Translations under genes and position numbers: made by a program | Notes under the pieces: generated by a model | The model's database searches: none | What the model was told of the DNA's origin: nothing | Seen by the model: only the letters and a program-made list of their open reading frames with translations | Assembly (NCBI GenBank): GCA_038212275.1 | Contig: JBBQUR010000016.1 | Coordinates: 1-64,000, forward strand | From: Planctomycetota bacterium | Lineage (GTDB): Bacteria > Planctomycetota > B15-G4 | DNA length: 64,000 nucleotides | Direction: 5' to 3' | Shown here: positions 46,997 to 55,337 of the stretch, piece by piece | How positions within the stretch are numbered: the stretch's first letter is position 1 | Layout of the letters: every line of letters starts with the position of its first letter

Positions 46997-48508
46997 ATGT
47001 CCCTGCTCAGCCTCATCACCTTCTTTCCGCTGATCGGTGCGGTGGTCCTGCTGCTCGCACCACGCGCCAGCAAGGACACGCTGCGCACCATCGCGGCCGC
47101 CACGACCATCGTGCCGCTCCTGCTTGCGTCCAAGCTGTGGATGGACTTCGACACGACCACGGCGGCGTACCAGTTCGTGGAGCGCATGCCGTGGATCTCG
47201 TCGCTCGGCATCGAGTACCACCTGGGCATCGACGGCCTGTCGATCCCGCTGCTCTGGCTCTCCACGCTGCTGCTCTTCCTGGGCGTCATCGCCAGCTGGA
47301 AGATCGAGAAGGGCGTCAAGGGCTACATGCTCCTGCTGCTGCTGCTCGAAGTCGGGATCAACGGCGTCTTCTGCTCGCTGGACCTGTTCCTCTTCTACGT
47401 GTTCTGGGAAGTGATGCTCCTGCCGATGTATTTCCTCATCGGCATCTGGGGCGGCCCGCGGCGCGAGTACGCCGCGATCAAGTTCTTCCTCTACACGCTG
47501 GCCGGCTCGGTGCTCATGCTGCTGGGCATCATCGCGCTCTACCTCGCGTGCCGCGACGTGACTGCCACGCCGTTCAGCATCCCGCTGCTCTCCGAGATGA
47601 TCCGCGGCGGCACGCTGACGGGCGCAGGCCTGATCAACGGCGGCATGCTCTTCGGCTGGCCCTTCCTGAAGTGGATCTTCGTCTTCTTCTTCATCGGCTT
47701 CGCGATCAAGGTGCCGGTGCCGCCCTTCCACACGTGGCTGCCCGACGCGCACGTCGAGGCGCCGACCCCCATCTCGATGATCCTCGCCGGCATCCTGCTG
47801 AAGCTCGGCTGCTACGGCATCCTGCGCATCAACCTCGGGATGTTCCCGAACATCGCGCCGGACTTCGCGACCATCGGCGCGGCGCTGGGCGTGTTCGCGA
47901 TCGTGTACGGCGCCTTCGTCGCGATGGCGCAGACCGACTTCAAGCGGCTGGTGGCGTACAGCTCCGTGAGCCACATGGGCTACGTGCTGCTGGGCGCCTC
48001 GGCGTTCACGAGCGCCGGCCTCAACGGCGCAGCGATGCAGATGTTCACGCACGGCACGTCTTCGGCCCTGCTCTTCCTCCTGGTCGGCGTGGCCTACGAG
48101 CGCGCGCACCATCGCGAGATCGAGGGCTTCGGCGGCCTCGCCAGCGTGGCGCCGATCTACACGGGCATCACGACGCTGGGCTTCTTCGCGGCGCTCGGGC
48201 TGCCGGGCATGTCGGGCTTCGTGTCCGAGTTCCTCGTGATCCTCGGTGCCTGGCAGGTCCGGCCCGTCTACGCGGCCGTCGCCGTGATCGGCATCGTGAT
48301 CACCGCGGCCTTCCTGCTCTGGACCCTGCAGCGCGTCTTCCTCGGTCCGCTCAACGAGAAGTACAAGGACTTCCCCGACGTGACGGGTCGCGAGATCTTC
48401 ACGATGGCGCCGCTCGCCTTCCTCTGCGTGCTGCTCGGCGTGCTGCCCTTCCTGCTGCTCGACTGGATGAAGCCGACGATCGACGGCCTGGTCAAGCTCT
48501 TCGCATGA
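46997..48508 (+). CDS. nuoM: Complex I subunit M
   Basis: GIDGLS, FWE.ML.PMY, PFHTWLPDAHVEAPT, AYSSVSHMG and LPG.SGFVSE. Confidence 0.97.
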   Translation: MSLLSLITFFPLIGAVVLLLAPRASKDTLRTIAAATTIVPLLLASKLWMDFDTTTAAYQFVERMPWISSLGIEYHLGIDGLSIPLLWLSTLLLFLGVIASWKIEKGVKGYMLLLLLLEVGINGVFCSLDLFLFYVFWEVMLLPMYFLIGIWGGPRREYAAIKFFLYTLAGSVLMLLGIIALYLACRDVTATPFSIPLLSEMIRGGTLTGAGLINGGMLFGWPFLKWIFVFFFIGFAIKVPVPPFHTWLPDAHVEAPTPISMILAGILLKLGCYGILRINLGMFPNIAPDFATIGAALGVFAIVYGAFVAMAQTDFKRLVAYSSVSHMGYVLLGASAFTSAGLNGAAMQMFTHGTSSALLFLLVGVAYERAHHREIEGFGGLASVAPIYTGITTLGFFAALGLPGMSGFVSEFLVILGAWQVRPVYAAVAVIGIVITAAFLLWTLQRVFLGPLNEKYKDFPDVTGREIFTMAPLAFLCVLLGVLPFLLLDWMKPTIDGLVKLFA

Positions 48509-48521
48509 CCCCCAGATCCCG

Positions 48522-50066
48522 ATGACCCCGATGACCCCGATGAACGCGGAGATGCTCACCGACCTGCGCGCGTTGCGCCCCGAGCTCTGGCTCGTGGCCG
48601 CAATCGTCGCGTCGCTGCTCGTCGACCTCGTCGGCGGAGCGCGCGCGCGCACGCTCGCCGGGCTGACGGCGCTGGCCGGTGCGGGCGGTGCGGTGTGGGC
48701 GCTGCTCGCCGCGCCGGCCAGCTCCTATCCCTACCGCGTCTTCGGCCTGCTCGCGATGGACAGCCACGCGGACTTCTTCCGCCTGCTCATCATCGCGGGC
48801 ACGGGCCTCGTCATCCTGCACGCCATGGTCTTCCGCGGACTGCAGGACAGCTCGCGCGCCGAGTTTTATCCGATGCTTCTGGGCGCCGCGCTCGGCGGCT
48901 GCCTGCTCGTCACCACCGACCACCTGCTCATGCTGGTGCTGGCGATGGAGATGCTGTCGCTGCCCAGCTACCTGCTGGCCGGCTGGCAGAAGAGCGAGCG
49001 CCGCTCCTCGGAGGCCGCGCTGAAGTACCTGGTCTACGGCGCGCTCGCCTCGGCCATCATGATCTTCGGTTTCTCGCTCATGTACGGCATGGCGGGCAGC
49101 CTGTGGATGTCCGACGTCGGGCCCGCAATCGTCAAGGCCTGGGAATTCGGCGGCGAGCTCCAGTGCATCACCGTCGCGCTCTCCGTCGTGATGGTCATGG
49201 CCGGCATCGGCTTCAAGATCGCGGCCTTCCCGTTCCATTTCTGGGCGCCCGACGTCTACGAAGGCGCGCCCACGCCGGTGACCACGCTTCTGGCGGTGGC
49301 CAGCAAGGCGGCCGGCTTCGGCCTGCTCCTGCGCTTCGTGGACGGCGTCTTCCTCGGCTCGAATGCCATGAGCGTGGACTGGGTCTCGCGCTTCTCGTGG
49401 GTCATGGCCGTCCTCGCGGCCGTGACCATGACCTACGGCAACGTGACGGCGGTGCTGCAGCGCAACGTGAAGCGCCTGCTCGCCTACTCGTCCATCAGCC
49501 ACGCCGGCTACCTGCTCATGGGCATCGCGGTGATGACGCACGCGCCCGTGCCGGGCGGCCCGAACGAGGCGCTCGGCAGCGAAGCGCTGAAGTTCTATCT
49601 CGTGACCTACTACCTGGCGACGCTCGGCGCCTTCGCGTGCGTCATGGCGCTGGCCAATCGCTACGGGGCCGAGGACACGGACGACTACAACGGCCTCGGC
49701 TGGTCCTCGCCGTGGATCGCCGGCGCGCTGGTTCTCTTCCTCGCGTCGCTCACCGGCCTGCCCCCGACCGCCGGCTTCACCGGCAAGCTCATGCTGTTCC
49801 GGGCGACGCTCGACAGCGGCATGAGCTGGCTCGCGGTGGTCGCGGCGCTCAACTCCGTCGTGGCGCTCTTCTACTACTTCAAGATCGTGCGCGCGCTCTT
49901 CCTGCGCGGCGATCGCGCCGCTGCGGTCGTCGGTCAGCCGGCCCGCGGCCTTCTGGCGCTGCTCGCAGCCGCCTCGATCCTCCTGCTCGCGGGCGCCACG
50001 CTGTGGTTCGGCATCGGCGGCGGCATCGACGCGCTGAGCGCGTGGGTAGCGAACGCAGCGCTTTGA
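48522..50066 (+). CDS. nuoN: Complex I subunit N
   Basis: EAALKY, FKIAAFPFHFWAPDVYEGAP, KRLLAYSSISHAGY and GLPPTAGF.GK. Start is 48522, 48531 or 48540. Confidence 0.96.
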   Translation: MTPMTPMNAEMLTDLRALRPELWLVAAIVASLLVDLVGGARARTLAGLTALAGAGGAVWALLAAPASSYPYRVFGLLAMDSHADFFRLLIIAGTGLVILHAMVFRGLQDSSRAEFYPMLLGAALGGCLLVTTDHLLMLVLAMEMLSLPSYLLAGWQKSERRSSEAALKYLVYGALASAIMIFGFSLMYGMAGSLWMSDVGPAIVKAWEFGGELQCITVALSVVMVMAGIGFKIAAFPFHFWAPDVYEGAPTPVTTLLAVASKAAGFGLLLRFVDGVFLGSNAMSVDWVSRFSWVMAVLAAVTMTYGNVTAVLQRNVKRLLAYSSISHAGYLLMGIAVMTHAPVPGGPNEALGSEALKFYLVTYYLATLGAFACVMALANRYGAEDTDDYNGLGWSSPWIAGALVLFLASLTGLPPTAGFTGKLMLFRATLDSGMSWLAVVAALNSVVALFYYFKIVRALFLRGDRAAAVVGQPARGLLALLAAASILLLAGATLWFGIGGGIDALSAWVANAAL

Positions 50067-50118
50067 GCGCACGCCGTCCGCTTCCCGGGACGCACTTCAT
50101 CCGCCGACCGCCGCGCTC

Positions 50119-50223
50119 ATGTCCGGTGCACCCATGTCCGGTGCACTCGTGGCCGACGCACAAGTGTCCGACGCACAAGTGGCCGACGCACAAGTGGCCG
50201 ACGCACAAGTGGCCGAGGCGCCC
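50119..50223 (+). repeat. 15-bp tandem repeat x7 (GTGGCCGACGCACAA), in frame with the CLC gene
   Basis: Units every 15 nt from 50119; would encode MSGAP MSGAL VADAQ VSDAQ VADAQ VADAQ VAEAP. Confidence 0.85.
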
Positions 50224-50244
50224 GGACGCGCCGGACGCCGGACG

Positions 50245-51573
50245 ATGAAGCGGCTGCTGGCGGGCGCGCTCGTCGCCGCGCCGCTGGGGCTGGTCGTGGG
50301 TTCTGCCTGCGCGCTCTTTCTGTGGTCGCTCGATCGCGTGACGACGCTGCGCTGGGAACACCCGTGGCTGCTGTACCTGCTGCCACTCTCGGGTCTTGCG
50401 GTCGGGATGCTCTATCACGCTCTCGGCCGTTCGGTGGAGGCCGGCAACAACCTGCTGATGGACGAGATCCACGAGCCGGGCGCCGGAGTTCCCAAGCGCA
50501 TGGGGCCGCTCGTACTCATCGGCACGCTGCTCACGCACCTGTGCGGCGGCTCGGCGGGGCGCGAGGGCACCGCGGTGCAGATGGGCGGCAGCATCGCGAG
50601 CTTCGTGTCGCGTCATGTCGGCCGCTTCGTCGCGCGATGGCAGCCGGAGGGGAGCGAGCCCTTCGTCGACGCGCGCACGCTGCTCATGGCGGGCATCGCG
50701 GCAGGCTTCGGCGGCGTCTTCGGCACGCCGCTGGCCGGAGCGCTCTTTGCCCTGGAGGTGCCGACGATCGGGCGCATGAGCTACGCCGCCGCGATCCCGT
50801 GTCTCGTCGCCTCGGTCACCGCGGATCTCGCGTGCGCCGCATGGGGCATCGAGCACACGCAGTATCGCGCGCTCATCGGGCCCATCGCGGAAAGCGGCCA
50901 CGGCCTCTCGTGGTGGTTGCTGGGAAAGGTCGCGCTGGCCGGCATCGCGTTCGGCCTCGCGAGCCGGGCGTTCTCCGGGCTGACGCATGCGCTGCAGCGC
51001 GGCTTCGCGGCGACCATCCGCTGGCCGTACGCGCGGCCGGTCGCAGGCGGACTGATCGTCATCGCCCTCGTCCTGCTGCTCGGCACGCGCGACGATCTCG
51101 GCCTTGGCGTGCGCTCGCCGCTGCCCGGTGCGGTGACGATCGAGTCGGCGTTCCGCGAGGGCGGCGCGCATGCGTGGAGCTGGTTCTGGAAGCTGGTCTT
51201 CACCGCCGTGACGCTCGGCTCCGGCTTCAAGGGCGGCGAGGTCACGCCGCTCTTCTACATCGGCTCGACGCTCGGCCAGTCGCTCGCGTTGCTTCTCGCG
51301 GTGCCCGTGGCGCTGCTCGCGGCCGTCGGTTTCGCGGCGGTCTTCGCGGGCGCGACGAACACGCCGCTCGCCTGCACGCTCATGGCCGTGGAACTCTTCG
51401 GTCCCGGAGACGTGGCGTACTTTGCCGTCGGCTGCCTGGTGGCCTACGTGTGCAGCGGCCACACGGGCATCTACGCGTCGCAGCGCATCGCCCGCTCGAA
51501 GTTCGGCAGCGCGGCCGTGCCACCCGGCACCTCGTTGCGCGATGCGGGCACGCGCCCGGGCGGCCGCGCATGA
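50245..51573 (+). CDS. CLC-F type fluoride/proton antiporter (EriC family)
   Basis: Fluoride-clade signatures GNNLL, GREGTAVQ and GGEVTP. Start is 50245 or 50119. Confidence 0.9.
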   Translation: MKRLLAGALVAAPLGLVVGSACALFLWSLDRVTTLRWEHPWLLYLLPLSGLAVGMLYHALGRSVEAGNNLLMDEIHEPGAGVPKRMGPLVLIGTLLTHLCGGSAGREGTAVQMGGSIASFVSRHVGRFVARWQPEGSEPFVDARTLLMAGIAAGFGGVFGTPLAGALFALEVPTIGRMSYAAAIPCLVASVTADLACAAWGIEHTQYRALIGPIAESGHGLSWWLLGKVALAGIAFGLASRAFSGLTHALQRGFAATIRWPYARPVAGGLIVIALVLLLGTRDDLGLGVRSPLPGAVTIESAFREGGAHAWSWFWKLVFTAVTLGSGFKGGEVTPLFYIGSTLGQSLALLLAVPVALLAAVGFAAVFAGATNTPLACTLMAVELFGPGDVAYFAVGCLVAYVCSGHTGIYASQRIARSKFGSAAVPPGTSLRDAGTRPGGRA

Positions 51574-51692
51574 GCACACGACACACGACGCGCATGACAT
51601 GACGCTGCCCCGCACGGGCGCCTGGTGCGCCGCGTGCGGGGCAGGTGTCGGGTCCGCGGGGCCGCCGGAGCGGCTGCCGCACCGATCGGCAG

Positions 51693-54683
51693 TTACTGGA
51701 TCGTGATGAGCAGGCCGTTGGTGGCGGCCTTGCCCTTGGCGCCTGCCGGGTCCAGCAGCCAGTGCTGCAGGGTGATCTGCATCCCGATGATGCCCGGCGT
51801 GTTCGGCAGCGCGCCCATGACCACCGTCGTGCCGCCGGGACTCGTGATGAGGCCCGCGGTCGCAAGGACATTGCCCACCAGGAAGGTGCCGCCCAGCGCG
51901 GGAATCGCCACCTGATCCGTGCCGATGAACAGCGTGCCCGGCGCGGCGGGCTTCGCGCCGCTCGTCATGAGTGTCACGGAGCCGCCCGGCGTGGCCGAGC
52001 CGCTGCCCGCAAGCGCGGGAGCGATGCCGCCCTGCCCCGGCGTGCCCGCGCCGTACGGGATGAACTGCCCGCCGCTGACCGGCCCGAGCGACAGAACCTG
52101 GAAGTCGTCGATGTTCCAGCCGCCGTACTCGACACCGCCGTCCGAGATGAGCTCGAACTTCACGGACACCGACGGGTTGTTGTCGGCGATGGCGGAGATG
52201 TCGAAGTCCTGCGCGATCCAGCTCGTGTCGAGCAGGTCCGTGGCCGACGGGTTGGTGAAGACGATGGTGTTGTTCACGTACACCCGCGCCAGATCGAAGA
52301 TGCCCTTCTCCACGTTGAGCCAGCGCCGGAAGCGCAGGCGCGTGCCGGTCTTGCCGCTCAGGTTGAACGTCGGCGAGGTGAGGTTGTTGTTCACGTTGGG
52401 CTGGTAGATGCCATTGAAGCCCGCGAGGCCGAGGTCATTGCCCCACACGCTCGATCCGGAGTACGCCGTCGCCGGGTCGGTGGAGGCTCCGTTCGGGCTG
52501 CCGTGATTCCAGTCGTCCTGCGTCGCGATCTGCTGGTGGACCCAGCTTTCGTCGCTCACCGGCTCGAAGTCGTAGAACTGGTGCACGGTGACCGTGCCGA
52601 CGTCGTAGCTGAGGAAGTCCGTCGGCGCCTTCGCCGGGAAGCTGTTCCCGTTGCTGGCGAGGTCCGTGGCGCGCACGTAGTAGCCCACGACCGCCGGCGA
52701 GACCTGGCCGGGAATCTGGCCGCTCCACGTGTTGCCCGAGACGAAACTCATCGGCACGGACGAGAAGTTCGCGCCGCCGTTGGTGGTGTAGAAGAGCTTC
52801 ACCGCATTCAGCGCGGCGTTCGCTTCGACGACGGTCGCGTTCACCGTCACCGCGCCCTCGCTGTTCACCGGGCTGTTCACCGGCGTGACGCTCACCGTGA
52901 ACAGCGGCAGCGTGAAGCCCGGGAAGCCCTGTTCCTTGAAGGCGGCGTCGATGGTGGTGTAGTTCGGCGTGCCGTTGTTCAGGTTGCCGTCGTTGTCGTC
53001 GAGCATCAGCCAGTGATCCTCGATGATCGACTTGATCTGCGAGTCGTTGAAGGTCTGGAACCACGCCAGCAGATACTGGTTGGCAAGCGCGCTGCCGGCC
53101 GGCGCGCCGAGCGAGGTCTTCAGGTTGCGACGCACCTTCCAGATGGCGCCCATGAGCGGTTCGCCGTCCGCGTGCACCTCGCCGTAGCAGCCGGGATTGC
53201 TGTCGCCGCAGAAGGCGCTGGTGTTGTCGCCCGTGCGGATGTTCGTGCCGAGGCCGAAGAAGTCCTGCGCGACGACGGGATTGTCGGCGATGTACATCGA
53301 CCAGCAGTCCGCGCCGCCTTCGCCGAAGCCGTCGCCGCCGTTGCCCGAGCCGTACAGATCGTTGGCCCAGTGGCCCTCTTCATGCCACACCACCGTCGAG
53401 TACGAAGTGTTGGGGCAGCCGCCGCCCGCGAGGAAGAAGTTGAGCGAGCCTCCATCGTAGAAGGCGTTGCAGGTGTCGGCCTCGTTCACGTTGGAGAGCA
53501 GCTGGAAGTCGAAGGACGTGTCACCCGGATCGAGGCTGCGGACCCAGTCGCGGAAATGTTCGACGCTGATGTGCGCGTTCACCTCGGCCGTCGTCTGCTC
53601 GGACAGGCTCTGGTTCAGCATGAAGTTCTGACTCACGCCCGGGGCCAGGGTCAGCGCCACCGAGGACTCGCCGCCCGCGATGTTGTCGACGCGCGAGTAC
53701 ATGCCGTTGAAGCTCGCCGTCACGAGCTTGGACGTGTTCGTGCCGGCAAAGGTGAAGTTGCCGTTCGCATCGCTCAGCTGGTTGGGCTCGCCGGCTGCGA
53801 CGAGCCGCACGTCCTTGAGATTCTGGAGCACCTCGGGGGCGCCGCCGTCGGGCAGCAGGCCGGCCTGGGCATTGCCCTGCACCTTGCCGACCAGGTCGCC
53901 GTGCACCAGTGACCAGCTGTCGAGCACCGCGGGCGTGCCGCGCGCCGAGACCACGTACTGGCGGATCACCGGCAGTTCGCCGGTCCTCGGGTTGTAGCTG
54001 GCGGCCAGCTTGAACTCGTACGCCGGCATCGCGCGCACCGCGTTCTTGCGGGCGTCGGGCTTGCCGGGGAAGAGCACGTAGCCCGCGGGCTCCACGCTGA
54101 TGGCCGCGACACCCGTGTCGGCGGCGAAGGCGGCCTGCGCGGCCTGCGCCGCCGCGCCCAGGGTCACCGTCGGATCGAGCTTGACCTGCGCGACGTGCGG
54201 CAGGCCCTGGTTGTCCAGGCCGAGCAACCGGCCGTCTGCGGAGAAGAGCAGGTTCACGTAGCCGTGGTGCGTGGGCACGCCGTCAACGACCTGGTGAAAC
54301 TTGACGACGATCTTGTCCGTCCCGCCCGCGCGCGCGAGCGGAAGCTGCTTCACGCGATCGAGCACCAGCGTGTCGGCGTCGTAGCCGAGGGCTGCTGCCA
54401 TCTCGTTCACGAAGCTGCGGCTGGCGACAACGAGCGCCTCGGGCGAGAGCGCGTTGGCCGGCACCAGCGGCAGGTTGCCGCCGAAGATCAGTCGCGGCGC
54501 ATTGGTCTCGTGGGTCCAGCGCACCTGCCACTCGGGACCGTTGTCCGCCTGGAAGCGGCGCATCGTGCTGCCCGGATCGAAACCGGGAAACGTGCTGGCG
54601 TCGGCGGGATCAGCCACCTGCGCGAGCGTTGCGGCGCCCAGGAAGGCAGAGGCGAAGAGTGCGGACAGAATGTGTCTGATCAC
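51693..54683 (-). CDS. Secreted M36/M4-like zinc metalloprotease with propeptide, accessory beta-sandwich domains and shared CTD
   Basis: Signal peptide, FTP/PepSY-like propeptide, CNAFY, HEEGH, GFGEG..D and GEVHADG; GGAG RBS before GTG 54683. Confidence 0.85.
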   Translation of the reverse strand: MIRHILSALFASAFLGAATLAQVADPADASTFPGFDPGSTMRRFQADNGPEWQVRWTHETNAPRLIFGGNLPLVPANALSPEALVVASRSFVNEMAAALGYDADTLVLDRVKQLPLARAGGTDKIVVKFHQVVDGVPTHHGYVNLLFSADGRLLGLDNQGLPHVAQVKLDPTVTLGAAAQAAQAAFAADTGVAAISVEPAGYVLFPGKPDARKNAVRAMPAYEFKLAASYNPRTGELPVIRQYVVSARGTPAVLDSWSLVHGDLVGKVQGNAQAGLLPDGGAPEVLQNLKDVRLVAAGEPNQLSDANGNFTFAGTNTSKLVTASFNGMYSRVDNIAGGESSVALTLAPGVSQNFMLNQSLSEQTTAEVNAHISVEHFRDWVRSLDPGDTSFDFQLLSNVNEADTCNAFYDGGSLNFFLAGGGCPNTSYSTVVWHEEGHWANDLYGSGNGGDGFGEGGADCWSMYIADNPVVAQDFFGLGTNIRTGDNTSAFCGDSNPGCYGEVHADGEPLMGAIWKVRRNLKTSLGAPAGSALANQYLLAWFQTFNDSQIKSIIEDHWLMLDDNDGNLNNGTPNYTTIDAAFKEQGFPGFTLPLFTVSVTPVNSPVNSEGAVTVNATVVEANAALNAVKLFYTTNGGANFSSVPMSFVSGNTWSGQIPGQVSPAVVGYYVRATDLASNGNSFPAKAPTDFLSYDVGTVTVHQFYDFEPVSDESWVHQQIATQDDWNHGSPNGASTDPATAYSGSSVWGNDLGLAGFNGIYQPNVNNNLTSPTFNLSGKTGTRLRFRRWLNVEKGIFDLARVYVNNTIVFTNPSATDLLDTSWIAQDFDISAIADNNPSVSVKFELISDGGVEYGGWNIDDFQVLSLGPVSGGQFIPYGAGTPGQGGIAPALAGSGSATPGGSVTLMTSGAKPAAPGTLFIGTDQVAIPALGGTFLVGNVLATAGLITSPGGTTVVMGALPNTPGIIGMQITLQHWLLDPAGAKGKAATNGLLITIQ

Positions 54684-54895
54684 GAACGGGCTCCAGAGTG
54701 GGAGAGACGGCGGAGTGGGGACACCGGGATGGGTCTGGGGCGGTCGCTGGTGGCCAGGCGGCAGCCGCATCGGCGTTCGGGCCGAGGTCGCGGCACTCTA
54801 ATCGCGCGTCGTGGATCCGGCTACCCTCGGTGTCACCGTTGCCTCAGCTTTTTTGAGAAGCCGGGGTCGGCAGCGGGCGCCTTCGCGTCGCGCGC

Positions 54896-55315
54896 TCAGG
54901 GCCGCGAGGCGAGCATGGTCATGGCGGTTCCGAGCGCCGACGTGATGAGCACGAGTCCCACGAAGATCTCCGAGGCGCGGTGGTGGGCGCGACGCGCGTC
55001 CTGGCCGGTGCCGACGTCGCTGGGCCGTGTTCCGCGGGCCAGCCGGATGCCGGTCCACACCACGAAGGGCAGCGCGAGGAAGGTGGCCGCCACGGCGCCC
55101 ATGTGAATCGTGTGCACGACAGACGAGGTGCCGTCGAAGACGAGGCCGCGCCCGAAGGTCTCCGCACGCCAGATGGCAATGGCGAGGCAGCCCAGAAACA
55201 GCGCGACGAAGCGGTAATGCACCGTGCGCCGGTGCGTGACTCCCGACCAGATCACGCCGCCCAGCGCCGCGACGGTGCCCAGCAGCGACAGCACGAGTTG
55301 CCAGGCGAGGCTCAC
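54896..55315 (-). CDS. Four-helix membrane protein with His residues (DUF420-like, tentative)
   Basis: Four hydrophobic segments with HRRTVH, HTIHM and RAHHR; GTG start 22 nt after the topA stop. Confidence 0.68.
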   Translation of the reverse strand: MSLAWQLVLSLLGTVAALGGVIWSGVTHRRTVHYRFVALFLGCLAIAIWRAETFGRGLVFDGTSSVVHTIHMGAVAATFLALPFVVWTGIRLARGTRPSDVGTGQDARRAHHRASEIFVGLVLITSALGTAMTMLASRP

Positions 55316-55337
55316 GCGGTCACGAGCCGTCTGCGTG

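Noticed and set aside
50067..50244. Fluoride (crcB) riboswitch
   Set aside because: No aptamer consensus recognisable by eye; a covariance-model scan is still advisable.
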